In this document: positions 14,163 through 27,290 of the stretch, piece after piece
Layout of the letters: every line of letters starts with the position of its first letter
Position numbering within the stretch: the stretch's first letter is position 1
Source: Mobula hypostoma
Taxonomy: Eukaryota
NCBI RefSeq assembly: GCF_963921235.1
Contig: NC_086109.1
Location: forward strand, 19,408,001 to 19,472,000
Length of the DNA stretch: 64,000 nt
Direction of reading: 5' to 3'
Notes under the pieces: generated by a model
The model's database searches: none
Seen by the model: only the letters and a program-made list of their open reading frames with translations
What the model was told of the DNA's origin: nothing
Program-made: the position numbers and the translations under genes

Positions 14163-15125
14163 TAAGTCCTAGGTTTTTTTTCTATTTATTTCCACTTAGT
14201 TCTTTTTGTGTTAAATGTGTTTCACACCTTACCTGTTTGCACGTACTCCGTACGTTGAGTCACTCGGCTCCTGCAACAGGTGCCTAGAAAGTTCCGATGG
14301 CACGATAAAGAAAATAATGTTATCTTCATTTTACAAGGAGTTATTTGCATCTAAAAATTACTGTTTATAAAAAGATAAGAAATGTTGGTTTTTTATTTGA
14401 TCACCTAAGGCATTGAAAGTACAAGAAAAAAAGGTTATTGTTTACCGCCTCGGCTACGCGCGGTGTAATATCTTAATTGATGAATTGTCTGGGCATTCTG
14501 TCATTACGTTTCCAGCAATAACGTTGACTAATCTCCTTTTCTAAGAAGTACCAGACGTTAACAATAGCTGTTGGATATTCTTCTGAGAATTAAAAGGCAG
14601 TACTAAACATTAATCTTTGTCAGGCTGGAGATTTGAAAGTTTACCTAAGGATGGGGATGAGGGTTGGGACGAGGGTGGGAATGAGTTAAAATTGGCAGCT
14701 AACTGTCACTATATCGAGCCCTTGGTTAAATCGTTCCCTTGGTTACTATACTCTTCCAGCACATGTTAAAGCAACACATTTTCTAACTTTTATTGATTTT
14801 AACCCGACTATTGCAACTACTTCAATCAAGAGGAATTACAGGAAATGCGGCATTGTGTAGCCTCTATTCTTCATATGACTGCACATTGCAACATAACGCG
14901 AGGTTTTCTTACAAAACGGCTGATTCGGTTTCAAAAAGCAATGGGCTGTCTATTAAATTCATAAACGGTTCATCGATAAATAATGTCATATTCGCACACA
15001 TACAAAAAAGAAATGCTTTGTTAGGCGTCTCGAACTAATAACCTTGAGGTTTATTTGAAACCTTGTGACAACAGTAATTAAAGTTTTCACAATAGAACTT
15101 GGCCCGGCGCTGAATGTTGATTAAG

Positions 15126-15146
15126 ATTGCTGTCCGTGGTCCTGAA
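15126..15146 (-). promoter_or_regulatory. RE1/NRSE (REST/NRSF binding site)
   Basis: Minus strand reads TTCAGGACCACGGACAGCAAT versus consensus TTCAGCACCACGGACAGCGCC: one mismatch in the first 18 nt and the canonical 2-nt spacer. Confidence 0.75.
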
Positions 15147-15344
15147 CCTCATTTCATTTACTTCGGATAGTGAGTGTGGCTATTTCAGATTCTTCCCTAT
15201 TGACTTAATCCTATAGATTGCGGTCTTTTGTTTGTCAATAAATTACCTGGAGTCAATAAATTTCCGCTCTTGTAAATGGTTTCTAACCTTATCGCTTTGT
15301 TAAACATGAATCACAAGGTAGCAAACACTCAGCGTTGAATCCAT

Positions 15345-16340
15345 AAGACCATAAGGCATAGGAGTAGAATAAGGCCATTTGTCCCATTCATTCTGCTCCT
15401 TCATTCCATCGTTACTGATTTACTTTCCCTCCACTCTCAACACTCCTCAAAATTCCTCCTCATCTCTGTTCTAAAGTGATGTTCCTCCATTCTGAGGATG
15501 TGTCCTTCAGGTCTAGACTTTCCCACTATAAGAAGCATTTTCTCTACATCAACCCTATCTAGGCCTTTCAATATTCAGTAAATTTCAATAAGATCCCCAC
15601 CCCCTCCCCAACCCCCTTATTCTTCTAAACTACATTGAGTAATTCTCAGAGCCAGCAAAAACTCCTCATGCATCCACCTTTTCATTCCTGGGATAATTCG
15701 CATGGGCTTCCTCAGGACCCTCTCCATTGCCAGCCCATCCATTCTTAGAGGTTTGGCTGAAAACTGCTCACTATACTCCAAGTGTTTTCTGGCCAATGCC
15801 TTATAAAGCCTCAGCATTCCTTTCTTGTCCCCTTGAAATGAATGCCAACATTGATTTACCTTCCTCACCACCAACTCAACCTGCTAATTAACCTTTGGGG
15901 AATCTTGCACTAGGGCTTCCAAGTCCCTTGGCACTTCTGATTTTTGAAGTAGCTCACCATTTAGAAAATAATCTACACCTTTATTTTTTCTACCAAGCTA
16001 CAAGAGCATCCACCTATCATTGAACAGTCTGCAAACTTGGCCACAAAGCCATCAATTCCATCCTCCTGATAATTAATATAAAACATGAAAAGTAGCAGTC
16101 CCAACTCCAACCCCTACAGATAACCACTAGATACCAGCAGCCAATCAGAAAAGGCCCCGTTATTCCACTCTTTGCTTTCTGCCAGTCATCCAATATTCTA
16201 TCCATGCTAGTATCTTTCCTGGGTTCTTATCTCATGTAGCAGTCTCATATACAGTACCTTTTCAAAACCCTTCTGAAAATCTAAATAAACAACATCCACT
16301 GACTCTTATTTGTCTATCCTGCCTGTTATTACATTAAAGG
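15345..16340 (-). mobile_element. Decayed CR1 LINE fragment
   Basis: Minus ORF LRLYKALARKHLEYSEQFS; tail ccataagaccataag at 15341. Confidence 0.8.
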
Positions 16341-19321
16341 AGTCAGAAATATGTGGATTTGAATCTCACTTGCTGGGTTCCAATGCTTCCCTAATCCAGT
16401 CCAAAAAACATGCTACTGAGTACAGTACTTGCAGCATTTTCTACTTATATTTCAGTTTCCAGAATCTGCTTTCTTCTGTATTGTTTGACAATCCTCTTGA
16501 AGTTGTAATATACTAGAAGATAAAGATCCAAACAATTGGTTTTAGAATATGGAATATTACAGCACAATACAGACTCTTCAGTTCATAATGTTATGTTGAC
16601 CAAGGTTTTGTTTCTTGACATCTGATCATCAACCATAAAGTACATTTGAACAAGAGTATGTCATTCGGCTCCCCGACTCTGCTTTGACCTTTAAGGCAAA
16701 TGATACTCCATTTCTATAGGAACTTGTTGTGTGCAATTTGGTGATCGTGTTTATGGTATTACAGTGACTACTTCAAAGGTGCTTCATGGGATATGGTGCT
16801 TTAAGACAAAGAACAAGTTGAAATGGAGTTCTTCCTTTGAAAACCTCTGTACAGCACCTGACTGTATAATCAGTAACATGCACACACAAAATGCTTTAGG
16901 AACTCAACATGTCAAGCGGCATTTATGAAGGGGAATAAACCATAGATGCTGCCTGACTTGCTGAGTTCCTTCATTTTGTGGGTGTTAACTCAAGATACCC
17001 AGCATCTGCAGAATCTCTTGTATTAAATAACATGTCTTTGTTGGTGGCAAACAAATATGATGACTATGACAATTCTCTTTTCTGAAACTATCTTTTGTGT
17101 TAGAGTCACATGGGACTAACCTTCTGGAACTGGAGATGTTTACTGTTGCATTTTAATGCAAGGTATAATGGGTTGTTACATATTACATTTAAATGGTTAG
17201 AAATTTATAAGAAAATAAGGAAAAAAGACATCAGTTAGGTTCTTAAGAAGATAAACTTCTGCTTGATAAGTCTGTTATACATGGGAATCTATTTCATTTA
17301 CCTATTAAGATTCTTTTGAGTACCAATAATCTCTGTAGATTAGACATAATGATGAATGTCTTGCATGCATCACTGAAAATGGTGTATTACTTTTGATAAC
17401 CATCTGAATTCCGAGGAAAACACTGAAAATTATGTTCTCATTTAAATACATATGACATTACTTAAAAAAACATTTTTGCTCAAGTGGAGCCATTTAATAT
17501 TCTTCTTCCTTTGTCTAAATAGGACTTGTTACAAAAGGCATATGAATATAGAAACAAGAAAAACATTATGCCAAACCACTATTGATACATCTGTCCCAAC
17601 ACTGTAACTTGTCGCCATAATTTTTCATCTTTTCTTTCTCCAGAAATCTTGCCTTATTTACATTACTTCAATAATTTTCACAGGTAGCTTATTTCATGCT
17701 GCCATTAGTTACCTTTTTGCTGTGAAATCCCACACAATTGGAGAGGTCCTCTTGCTACTTAAGACAAAATACCAAGGAAAAAAATACATGATGGTGAATT
17801 TACTTGCATCATGTTTGAAAATGATTTGTGATATTCTAGTAAATAATGAATACAGTTCACAGTAAAGGTAATGAAGTAGAAAGGTTCCAAAGCCTAGTCC
17901 CACCATTTATCATTTGAAATCTAGTAGAATTTTCTTTTTACATCATCTTCTAAACTCCTGGATGCAGACTTACCTTTCAGCTAAGAGACAGTCTGCTGCC
18001 TGACATTTACTTTTCAGAACACATGGCAAGTGATATAGAGAAGGTCCAAGCAACTGGCTTGTCTCTTTGTCTGTCTCTTTGGCATACGTTCCTCAGTTGT
18101 TTGGCACAATTGGACAGGAGAAGGTCATTCAGTTTCACAATCTCAATCTGATCTTCAACTGCATCAGGCTGATATGTATCTGAAACTCATTTACCTGTCT
18201 TTGCTCCATTCTCATCGATAACCTTGCCCAACTAAATATATCTCCCTCAGACTCAAAACAATTTTCATAACCTAGGATCCACACAGCCTATTGAGAAAGA
18301 GAGAGAGAGATTTCCTGATTGTGTCTACTTTTTTTGTGAAGAGGTATCTTGGATTAAAGTTCTGTATACATTTGCTTTAATTTTAAAATTATCACCTATA
18401 AACTCCCCATTCTGTTTTGTCTAGCAGACAAACCCATTGGTTATCCATCACCAATTGTATCTGTTCCATTAAACCCCTTTATAAATTTTAAACACTTAAA
18501 TTGCATTGCTTCTCAATTTTCTGTCCTTAAGAGATCAAATAATCCATCCTCATAACTTAACCTTTTAACCGATAGTACCATTTCTTTAATTCCGCATTTC
18601 ACTTTCTCCAAGGCAAATTTATCCTTCCTTAATGCAGTAACGGACAGTGACATAACCAAGCTAAGATTTTATAATATGGAAAGTGACATGTATAAACGTG
18701 AACATTATTGCACCACTATGAACTAACATATTGTGCCGCGATTGTGATTCACGACTTAAAAACTGTTTGTTAACACAAATTTACACATGCTCTACCGAAG
18801 CTGTTCTTTCCAAGTGCACTGGTAGCTGCTTCTTATTTAACAGCAATCAGATGTAAGGATACAAGGCTGTAAATGGATGCTTGACAAAAAAATGTGCATA
18901 ATAGCTAAGCAATAATGCCAAGAGTTTGAATAATAAGCAGCCACTCATGGTTAGAGTATAGAAGCTGAGGAATGAATGGTTAAACCTACATACTCAAGTG
19001 GACTGCTTTTTAGATCTATTCATTGAAGTCTGAAATTTCAATTGAAATAAGCGAGTTCTGACATTTCACTTTGACTTTGAGCTTAGTGCGACCTTTTATC
19101 ATTTTAATTCCCTACTGACCATTAAGTTGGTGAATGTTAATAATTGTTACAATTAGTAATAGCTAGATTCTAGTTTCAAAACTGGGATCCTGAAAGTCCT
19201 GCAAAATTCACATTTAATTGGATGTCATTACTTTTTAAATTAAAATTGCACCATTTCACAGTATTATCCCCAATTTCCAATTTTAAAGCACATGACAGGA
19301 TTCTTATTTTTTGAGGCTTGG

Positions 19322-19404
19322 CACTTGATGGCTGAGTGGTTAAGATGTAGGACTTAAGATCCAATGAATGAATGTTCATGTGGGTTCAAACCCCACTCCT
19401 ACTA
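19322..19404 (+). pseudogene. tRNA-Leu(TAA) pseudogene
   Basis: 83 nt colinear with vertebrate tRNA-Leu-TAA (GATGGCtGAGTGGTTAAG...GGACTTAAGATCCAATG...GTGGGTTCaAACCCCACTCCT); anticodon TAA at 19355-19357; acceptor stem broken and CpGs decayed. Confidence 0.85.
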
Positions 19405-19656
19405 ATTGATTGCTGGTTTTGCGCCAAGCTTTTTGGCACAAATGCTCAGCGTGTCCTTTCTAGGTATGCATTTGGTCTTATTAGTAAAGGTATCAAATGT
19501 TTCAGGGAGAATACAGGAGTATTGGGTTGAGAGGGATTATAAATTAGCCATGATGAAATGGTGGAGCAGATGCAATGGGCAGAATGACCTAACTCTGTTG
19601 AAATGTCTTTTGGTCTTCTGATGAAATACGTAAAATCATTTCAACTCATCAGGCAT

Positions 19657-19969
19657 GATTGATTATTTTTTGGCCTAAGGTAGAAGGAGATGAGTTATTA
19701 ACTTCAAACTTTCTGCATAATCACTCAAAGAGTTGAACTGCATGTGCACGTAACGAGAGCTGTATAACTCGTCTCCTTCTACCTTAGGCCACGAACTTAT
19801 CAATCACCTCTGCTGTGGACACTTTCTGGAGGTCCAAGATCCGTATGCTCCACGACCGCTGGACTAAGTGTGTAAACGTAGGAGGGGACTATGTTGAAAA
19901 ATAAATGTGCTAGGTTTTCTAAAATTGACTCCTTCTACCTTAGGCCATGAACTTATCAATCACCCCTCG
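19657..19969 (+). mobile_element. Non-autonomous mariner element with three TIR copies
   Basis: Mariner C-terminus IRMLHDRWTKCVNVGGDYVEK* (stop 19902-19904); right TIR tccttctaccttaggccatgaacttatcaatcacccctcg followed by TA (19970-19971); inverted copy at ~19657-19689; extra direct copy at 19774-19810. Confidence 0.85.
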
Positions 19970-20754
19970 TATTAACAAGGCTTTTTCATCCACAGAACAG
20001 CCACTCACTGGATTTTTTCTTTTGTTTTTTCTGCACCATTCTCTGCAGACTCTAGAGACTGCTGTGTGTGAAAATCCCAAGAAAGCAGCAAGTCCTGTTT
20101 GGCACCGACAATTGATTCACAGTCAAAGTCACTCAGATTACATTTCTTCCCCATTCTGATGTTTGGTCTGAACAACAAGTGAATATTTTGAGAATGTCTG
20201 CATGTTATAATGCATTGAGTTGCTGTCACATGTAGACCTAATAAAATGGCCACTGAGTGTATTTCCAAATAAAAGTAAGAATTGGTGTTCAACTATTCAC
20301 CTTGAAAAAAGTATTTTGAGATTTACAATTTCCTCAAAGTCATTGAATCAAATCTTAAATTTTGCATAAACTTGCAATCATCTCACTGGAAAATATTAAT
20401 GCTTTGAAATGGAACATATTGCCACATTTTAGAAGCAATAATAACAAATCCTAGGCTGATCATTAACATCAGATAATGGAGGAGTGAGATCTATCTCTGA
20501 GCTTGCAATGTACTTAATTTCCACCCCCGAAAGGCTGCTGACTACCAACAAAAGTAGCAATCCTGAATGGAGCTGACAATTTAGTACCAATTAGTGCCAA
20601 GTTAGAGACACTTTTGTGCTATGACTTAAATTGTCCAGAAACAGAGTCAAGAATGCCCAATACAACATTTGCTTTAATGAAAATTCTCATGTGGCATAAA
20701 ATCCCACAGGTAGCAGATTCAAGGTAGTAAAGAGATGATTTATGTTAGTTCAGA

Positions 20755-22690
20755 AGTTCAAAGTTCAGAGTAAGTTACTATCAAAGTACGTATATTTCAC
20801 CATATACAACCCTGAGATTTATTTACTTGTGGGCATGCACAGTAGGATCAAAGAGAAACAGCAGGCAACAGGATGGACAACCAACCAATATGCAAAGGAC
20901 ATCAAACTGCAAACACTAAAGAGAAAGAAAGAAGAAAAGAAAGGGAAAAAGAAAAGAAAGAAAGAGATTGACAAATAAGTAAATAAATAAATATTGAGAA
21001 CCTGAGATGAAGAGTCCTTGAAAGTGGCACTGCTGTGCTTTCTTCATAATTGCACTTATGTGCTGGGCCCAGGACATTTCCTCGGAAATGATAACACTCA
21101 GCAGTTTAAAGTTGCTGCCCTTCTCCACCTCTGATTCCCCTAATTAGGACTGGTTCATGAACTTCCAGTTTCCTCCTCCTGAAGTCAATAATCAGCTCAT
21201 TCATCTTGCTGACATTGAGTGAAAGGTCCGTGTTGTGCCACCACTCGGCCAGATTTTCAACCTCCCTTCTATATGCTGATTCATCACCACCATTGATTCA
21301 GCCAACAACAGTGATGTCACTGGCAAACTTGCATGTGGAATTGGAGCTGTGCTTAGGCTCACAGTCATAAGTATAAAGCAAGTAGATTGGGGGCTAAGCA
21401 CACAGTCTTGTGGTGCACCTGTGTGGGTGGAGATTGTAGAGGAGGTACTGTTGCCAATCTGAACTGACTGGGGACTATAAGCAAGAAAATCAAGGATCCA
21501 TTTGCACAAGGAGCAATTGAGGCCAAGATCTTAAAACCTATTGATTAGATTTGAGGGATTGATAGTATTGAATGCTGAGCAATAGTCAATAAAGAGCATC
21601 CTGATCTATGCATCTTTGCTGTCCAGATGTTCCAGGGTTGAGCAAAGAGCTGATGAAATGGTATCTGTTGTGGACATGTTGTGTCGGTAGGCAAATTAGA
21701 GTGGATCCAAGTAATTTCTAGGTCAGGAGTTGATGTGTTTCATCACCAACTTCTCAAAGCACTTAATTACAGTGGATCTAAGTGCTACTGGACAACGCTC
21801 ATTGAGGCAAGTTACCAAATTTTTCTTAGGCACTGGTATAATTGAATCCTTTTTGAAGAAGGTAGCAGGTGGGTACCTCACACTGCTGAAGTGAGGGGGT
21901 AGAGATATCGCTGAACACTCCAGCCAGTTGATTACGACAGGTCTTTAGTACTTAGGCAGGTACCCCATATGGTTCAAATGCTTTCCCCCTGAATGCATTC
22001 ATCCTCCTGAAGGATGCTCTCATGTCGGCCTCAGAGACTGAAATCACAGAGTCATTGGGAGCTGTGAGAGTTTCTGATATTTCCTCCATGTTTTGATGGT
22101 CAAAGTGAGCATAGAATGTATTAAGCTCCTCTGGGAGTGAAGCATTGTTGTTGCCTATGTCACTTGGCTTCATGTTGTAAGAGGTAATAGCATTTAAGCG
22201 CTACTGCAACTGCTGAGAAACCTTCAGTGACTCAGGTTTGGTCCAGAATTACCACTTTGCACTGAGATGGCTTTTCAGAGATCGTACCTGGATTTCTTGT
22301 ATTTTACTTGGTCGCCAGACCTGAATGCCATTGATCTGGCCCTCAGCAGATAGTGGATCTCATGATTTATCTAGAGCTTCTGGTTTGGGAAGTTTCCGCA
22401 TGATTTTCTGGGGACACATTCATTTAAGACTGTTAGTATAAAGACCGTGCAACTGTGGTGTAGTCATTCAGATCCTCTGATAAGGCCTTGAACACAGCCA
22501 AGTCCACCAACTCAGAGCAATCCCATAGCCACTCCTGCAATCATCTTGTTGTTGTCCTTATGTGTGGAGCCTTGTTCTTTAACCCCTGATTGTATACAGG
22601 TAGGAGAAGGACAGCCAAGTGATCAGAATTCCCAAGATGCAGCCTAGGCATGGATTGGTAGGCATTCTTATTCATAGTATAGTAGTGACT
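20755..22690 (-). mobile_element. Rex1/Babar-like LINE fragment with internal deletion
   Basis: Minus ORFs [22 protein letters not shown]...[26 protein letters not shown]...KKAQQ; SDHLAVLLLP near 22620; 3' tail shared with the copy at 60615. Confidence 0.85.
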
Positions 22691-23399
22691 GAGTGTGTTG
22701 AGACCCCTGGTGCTGCAGGTTATATGCTGATGATAATTAGGCAGCTATTTCTTCAAAGAAGCCTGACTGTAGTCTCTGACTATGATTTGAAATGCGTTGG
22801 GTTGGGCAGTTTCTTATTTGCTGATGGCAGGAATTAATATCTGCTTAGTGCCTGATTAACGCTGACTTTTTGGGTAATGTAACCTGTGGTCTGGATCATG
22901 GACGAGAGCACTCTTGGTAAGTAGAAAGCTCAGCACTTAATCATTAGAAGTTAGATGTTATCTACCACTTTTAGTGAAGTCAAAACATAACCTCACAGAA
23001 TTGTATTATGAGTTTGCTGGGAAAATCATATTAATAAAATTTTCACTGCTATGTGGTTCATACACAACTGTCAATCACTTCAACCTCCAAAATCACAATT
23101 CATCATCTCTTATACAATCATAAAAGCACCTTTATCTCTCCATTAGTCAATCTGTATTCACATTTTGGACAACCTGGAGGGTAAAGGAGAAGCATTCCGA
23201 CTACTGGCCTTCTCAAAATCTAATTACCTTATAGCCATCAGTACTCCAGACTGCTACAGAATTCAATTAAAACAGCTTTCAAAGAGGAAGTATTTTAACA
23301 GAAAACAAAAAAAAACAGAATTCACTGTACATTGAAAAGACTGTGAGTGAATATCACAAGCAAGTGGATGATAAGTATTTATAGAGAATAACAGAGAAT

Positions 23400-23510
23400 G
23401 CAAATCACGAGGAACACACACAAAATGCTGGATAATCTCAGCAAGCCAGGCAGCGTCTGTGGAGAGGAATAAACCGTTGACGTTCCAAGCCGAGACCCTT
23501 CATGAAGAAT
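23400..23510 (-). mobile_element. Solo Penelope hammerhead cassette, antisense, degenerate
   Basis: Reverse complement reads ttcatgaagggtctcggcttggaacgtcaacggtttattcc...ctgcctggcttgctgag...cagcattttgtgtgtg. Confidence 0.7.
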
Positions 23511-23979
23511 CAGCACAGATTGTGATGGACCGTTCAGTCTCAATTTGTTGGGTAAATTTCTGTGTGGTGCACATGAAAATAACTTGACTCTATTACATTC
23601 TTCAGGTGCGCATCGCTGTTCTGAAACTAGTGTTTTAATATGTAGAGTTGGTACAAATTGGGATTGAATGAGGAATGCCACCAGCTTCTTGTAGTTAACT
23701 GACTGACAATGCATTTGGGGAATTTGAACTTAGTGAGAAACAGTTTGTTGATGAACAAAGACTTTGTGCAACATTTCCTTGGTCCTGAATTTTAGTCTGC
23801 AATTCCAGCTGTTTCTTGTTTCCCAGCCAAAATGGTGGAATGGGGAAGACGGCATGGGTTAGAGGTGGGGGAAGGTGCTGAAGGTTGGGGTTGAAGGAGA
23901 GATGGTGTGGGTTAGGTGCGGGGATGTGGTGTGGGTTGGAGTTCAAGGGAGAGGTGTCTTGGGTTGAGCTGATAGCAAG

Positions 23980-24590
23980 GAAGGCAATTCATTTCAAGAG
24001 GACTGGAATGTAAAAGCAATGATGTAGTGCTGAGTCTTATAAGCCATTTGTCAAAGCACATTAGGAGTATTGCGACAAGTCTGGGGCTTCATATGTAAGA
24101 AAGGATATGCTGATATTGGAAAGGGTCCAAAGGAGGTTTACAAGAATGATTCCAGAATAGAAAGGGTTAATGTATGTGGAGCATTTAGTGGCTGTGGGAC
24201 TGTACTTACTGGAATTTAGAAGGAGAAAGTGGACCTTATTGAAATCTATCAAATATTGAAAAACCTAGGTACAGTGGACGTGGCGAGTACGTTTCAAAAA
24301 GTGCGATTTTATAGCACTGAAGGGCACAGCTTCGGAAAGACCTTTGTTTAGAACAGAGACCTGGAGGATTTTCTTAGCCAGAGGGTGGTACGTCTGAGTA
24401 ATTTATTGCCACAGACAGCTGTGGAGGCCGTGTCGCTGGGTATATTTAAAGCAGAGGTTGAAATGTTCTTGATTAATAAGGGTGACAAAGGTTACTGCAG
24501 GAGAATGGGATTGAGAGGGAAAATAAGTCAGCCAAAATCGAACGCTGGAGCAGACTCAAAAGGCTGAATGGCCTCATTGTTATCCTGCGT
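23980..24590 (+). mobile_element. Decayed CR1 LINE 3' fragment
   Basis: ttggaaagggtccaaaggaggtttacaagaatgattccag and CR1 3'UTR-like end. Confidence 0.75.
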
Positions 24591-25769
24591 CCTTTGAACT
24601 GGAGGTGGGCAGGACATGGTAGAGGTCAGAGGGGAGGGGCAGGTGATGTGTGTTGGAGGTTGGAGGGTGTGACGTGCTTTCAGGTTGGGGGAAGCACTGT
24701 GAAGTGCACTTGAAAATAAAATCACTCTTCCCTCCACTTCCTCGAATTCCATTCAGATATTTTGCCTTTTATATCCAATAGAAAACCAAGAGAAACATGG
24801 AATCACAGAGCAGTTAGAGCAAGGAAGGAGACCGTTCAGCCCATTTGATCCATTTCAGCCCTTGGGAAGAGCATTTCAGCTAGTTATGCTCCTCTGCCCA
24901 CATGGTAAAGCAAAGAAAGATTAAAGATTAGCTTTATCTGTCGAAACATACAGTGAAATGTATCAGTGAGGATTGTGCCAGGTAGCCCGTGAATATCATC
25001 ATGATTTTGGCGCCAATGTAGCATGACCGCAACTCAATAACACTAACTCTTTGGTATGTGGGAGAAAACCCACATGGTCACAGGGAAAATGTATCAACTC
25101 CTTATAGGGACTGTCGGGAATTGAATCCTAATCAGTAATTCCTGGCACTGCAGTAGTGTTACACCAACTGCTCTGAAATACAAAGGAGGCTATTTGGTCC
25201 CTCCATACATAAAATTAGAAGCTGTCAAGTATAGATGTGGCCATTTTGAACCACCTCACCCTTGCCAACCATAATACCGATCTGCACTAATCCCATTTCC
25301 CACATTAGGCGCAGATCCCTCAACAACTTTCTTCATGATACACCTGTCCAGGTACCTTTAAAGCATTGCAACTATAACTGCCTCCCCCACCTCCCGTGGC
25401 ACTTGTTACAGATACTCATCATCCTCCCTATGAAGACAAAAATTAGGAGATAAAGATTAGCTTTATCTGTTACATGTTCATCAACACTTGAAGTGAAATA
25501 CGTTGTTTTTGATCAATAGACAACATAGTCTGAGGATTAGACAGGGTCAGCAATGCTTCCGGCACTAACATACATTACCCACAGCTCACTAACCCTAACC
25601 ATACATCTTTGGAATGTGGGAGGAAACCAGATCACCCAGAGGAAACCCACAGGGTCATGGGGAGAATGTACAAACTCCATGCAGGCAGCAGTGGGAATTG
25701 AATCCCAGTTGGTGATCACTGGCATTGCAATAGTGTTATGCAAAATACTGCAAACTACATAATGTCATT

Positions 25770-27290
25770 GAGCTATACAGTATAGAAGTGGCACTTTTGA
25801 CCTATGCCAACCATAATACCTATGGATCTGTACTAATCCCATTCCCAATGTTAGACCCTGATCCCTCAAAATCTTTCCTATTGAAGCACCTTCCAAATAG
25901 TTTTTAAGCATTGCAACTATAAATGCCTCCCCCATCTCCAGCAGCAGCATGTTCCAGATATCCATTGCCCTCTCTGTGAAAAGCATACCGATCCCACCTT
26001 AGTTCTAGACTCCCATGCCCTGGGTAAAATTCCTTATTCATGCCCATCATAACTTTATGAACCTCCATAAGTTCATCCCTCTTGCATTCCAATGAGAATA
26101 AACTCAGTCCATGCAATCTCTCTCTTTTTTAACTGCAGCCACCAACACTGGGCAAAGTTCTTGTGAATTGTTTCTGCATTCTCTCTTTGCTACCACGTCC
26201 TTTCTGCAGTAAGGCAACGGGAACAATGCACAACACTCCTAATGTAGTCATGCTGCAGTTCTGTACAACAAAACTTTTAAGAGACTCCTGGATAGGTACA
26301 TGGAGCTTAGAAAAATAGAGGGCTATGGGTAAGCCTAGGTAGTTCTAAGGTAAGGATATGTTTGGCACAGCTCTGTGGGCTGAAGGGCCTGTATTGTGCT
26401 GTAGGTTTTCTGTGTTTCTATGTTTCTAACAGCAACTCATTCCCGTTGTCTCAGCCTCTAAAGGAAGCACACCACATGCCTTTTCACTACCTTAGCCACT
26501 TTCAGAGAGCTATGGATTTGCAGCCCGAGTTCCTTTCCCTCCATCAGCACTCCTAAGGTCCCTTATTCTGTATGTCCTACCGGAATCTGATCTCCCCAAG
26601 TGCATTAACTCAAATATGTTAGGAATAATTTCCATCTGCCGCTGCCCTTTCCAAGATCCCAACTGAGCTATGCTCTGTTATCCTTAAATAACTTCTTCAT
26701 AGTCTACAACTCCATCATTTTTTATATTATTTGAAAACATGAATCATACCACCTACATTCTTAATCAATTCACTTATGTATATTAGAGACAGTAAAGGTT
26801 CCAGCACTGATTCTTGCAGTACTTCGTCAGTTACAGATTCCCAGTCAATTAGACACCCATTCACTGTTACTTTGTCTCCTATCATTATACCAGTTTTCAA
26901 TTCAGTTTGCTTTTATACCTCGAGTCTCTTGTACCTTAACCTTCTGGACCAGCCTACTGTGTTGGACCTCGTCAACATTTACTGCAATCTATGTGTGCTA
27001 TACAAACTCACTGTGTCTTCATCGATTTACTTAATTACCTCCTCAAAAATGTCAATCAGATTTGATCTCTCATGTCCAAAACCATAAGGACTTCTTCTAA
27101 TCAGCCCCTATTTTTCCAAGTGGACATAAATCCTGTCCCTCATAATTTTTTAACTTCCCTACCACCGATGAATGATGCACTGGCTGGTAGTTTCCAGGCT
27201 TATTCCTACTGTTCTTTTCGAAGGAGGGGACGACATTACTTCTGATAATGCTCCCTTGTCTAATAAAGATGCAGAACCCTCTGTAATAGC
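25770..27290 (-). mobile_element. Old CR1 fragment (minus) interrupted by a plus-strand CR1 3' tail at ~26270-26427
   Basis: Minus ORFs GLSLFSLE...LMEVHKVM and FTERAMDIWNML; the insert ends tgtgtttctatgtttcta. Confidence 0.7.
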
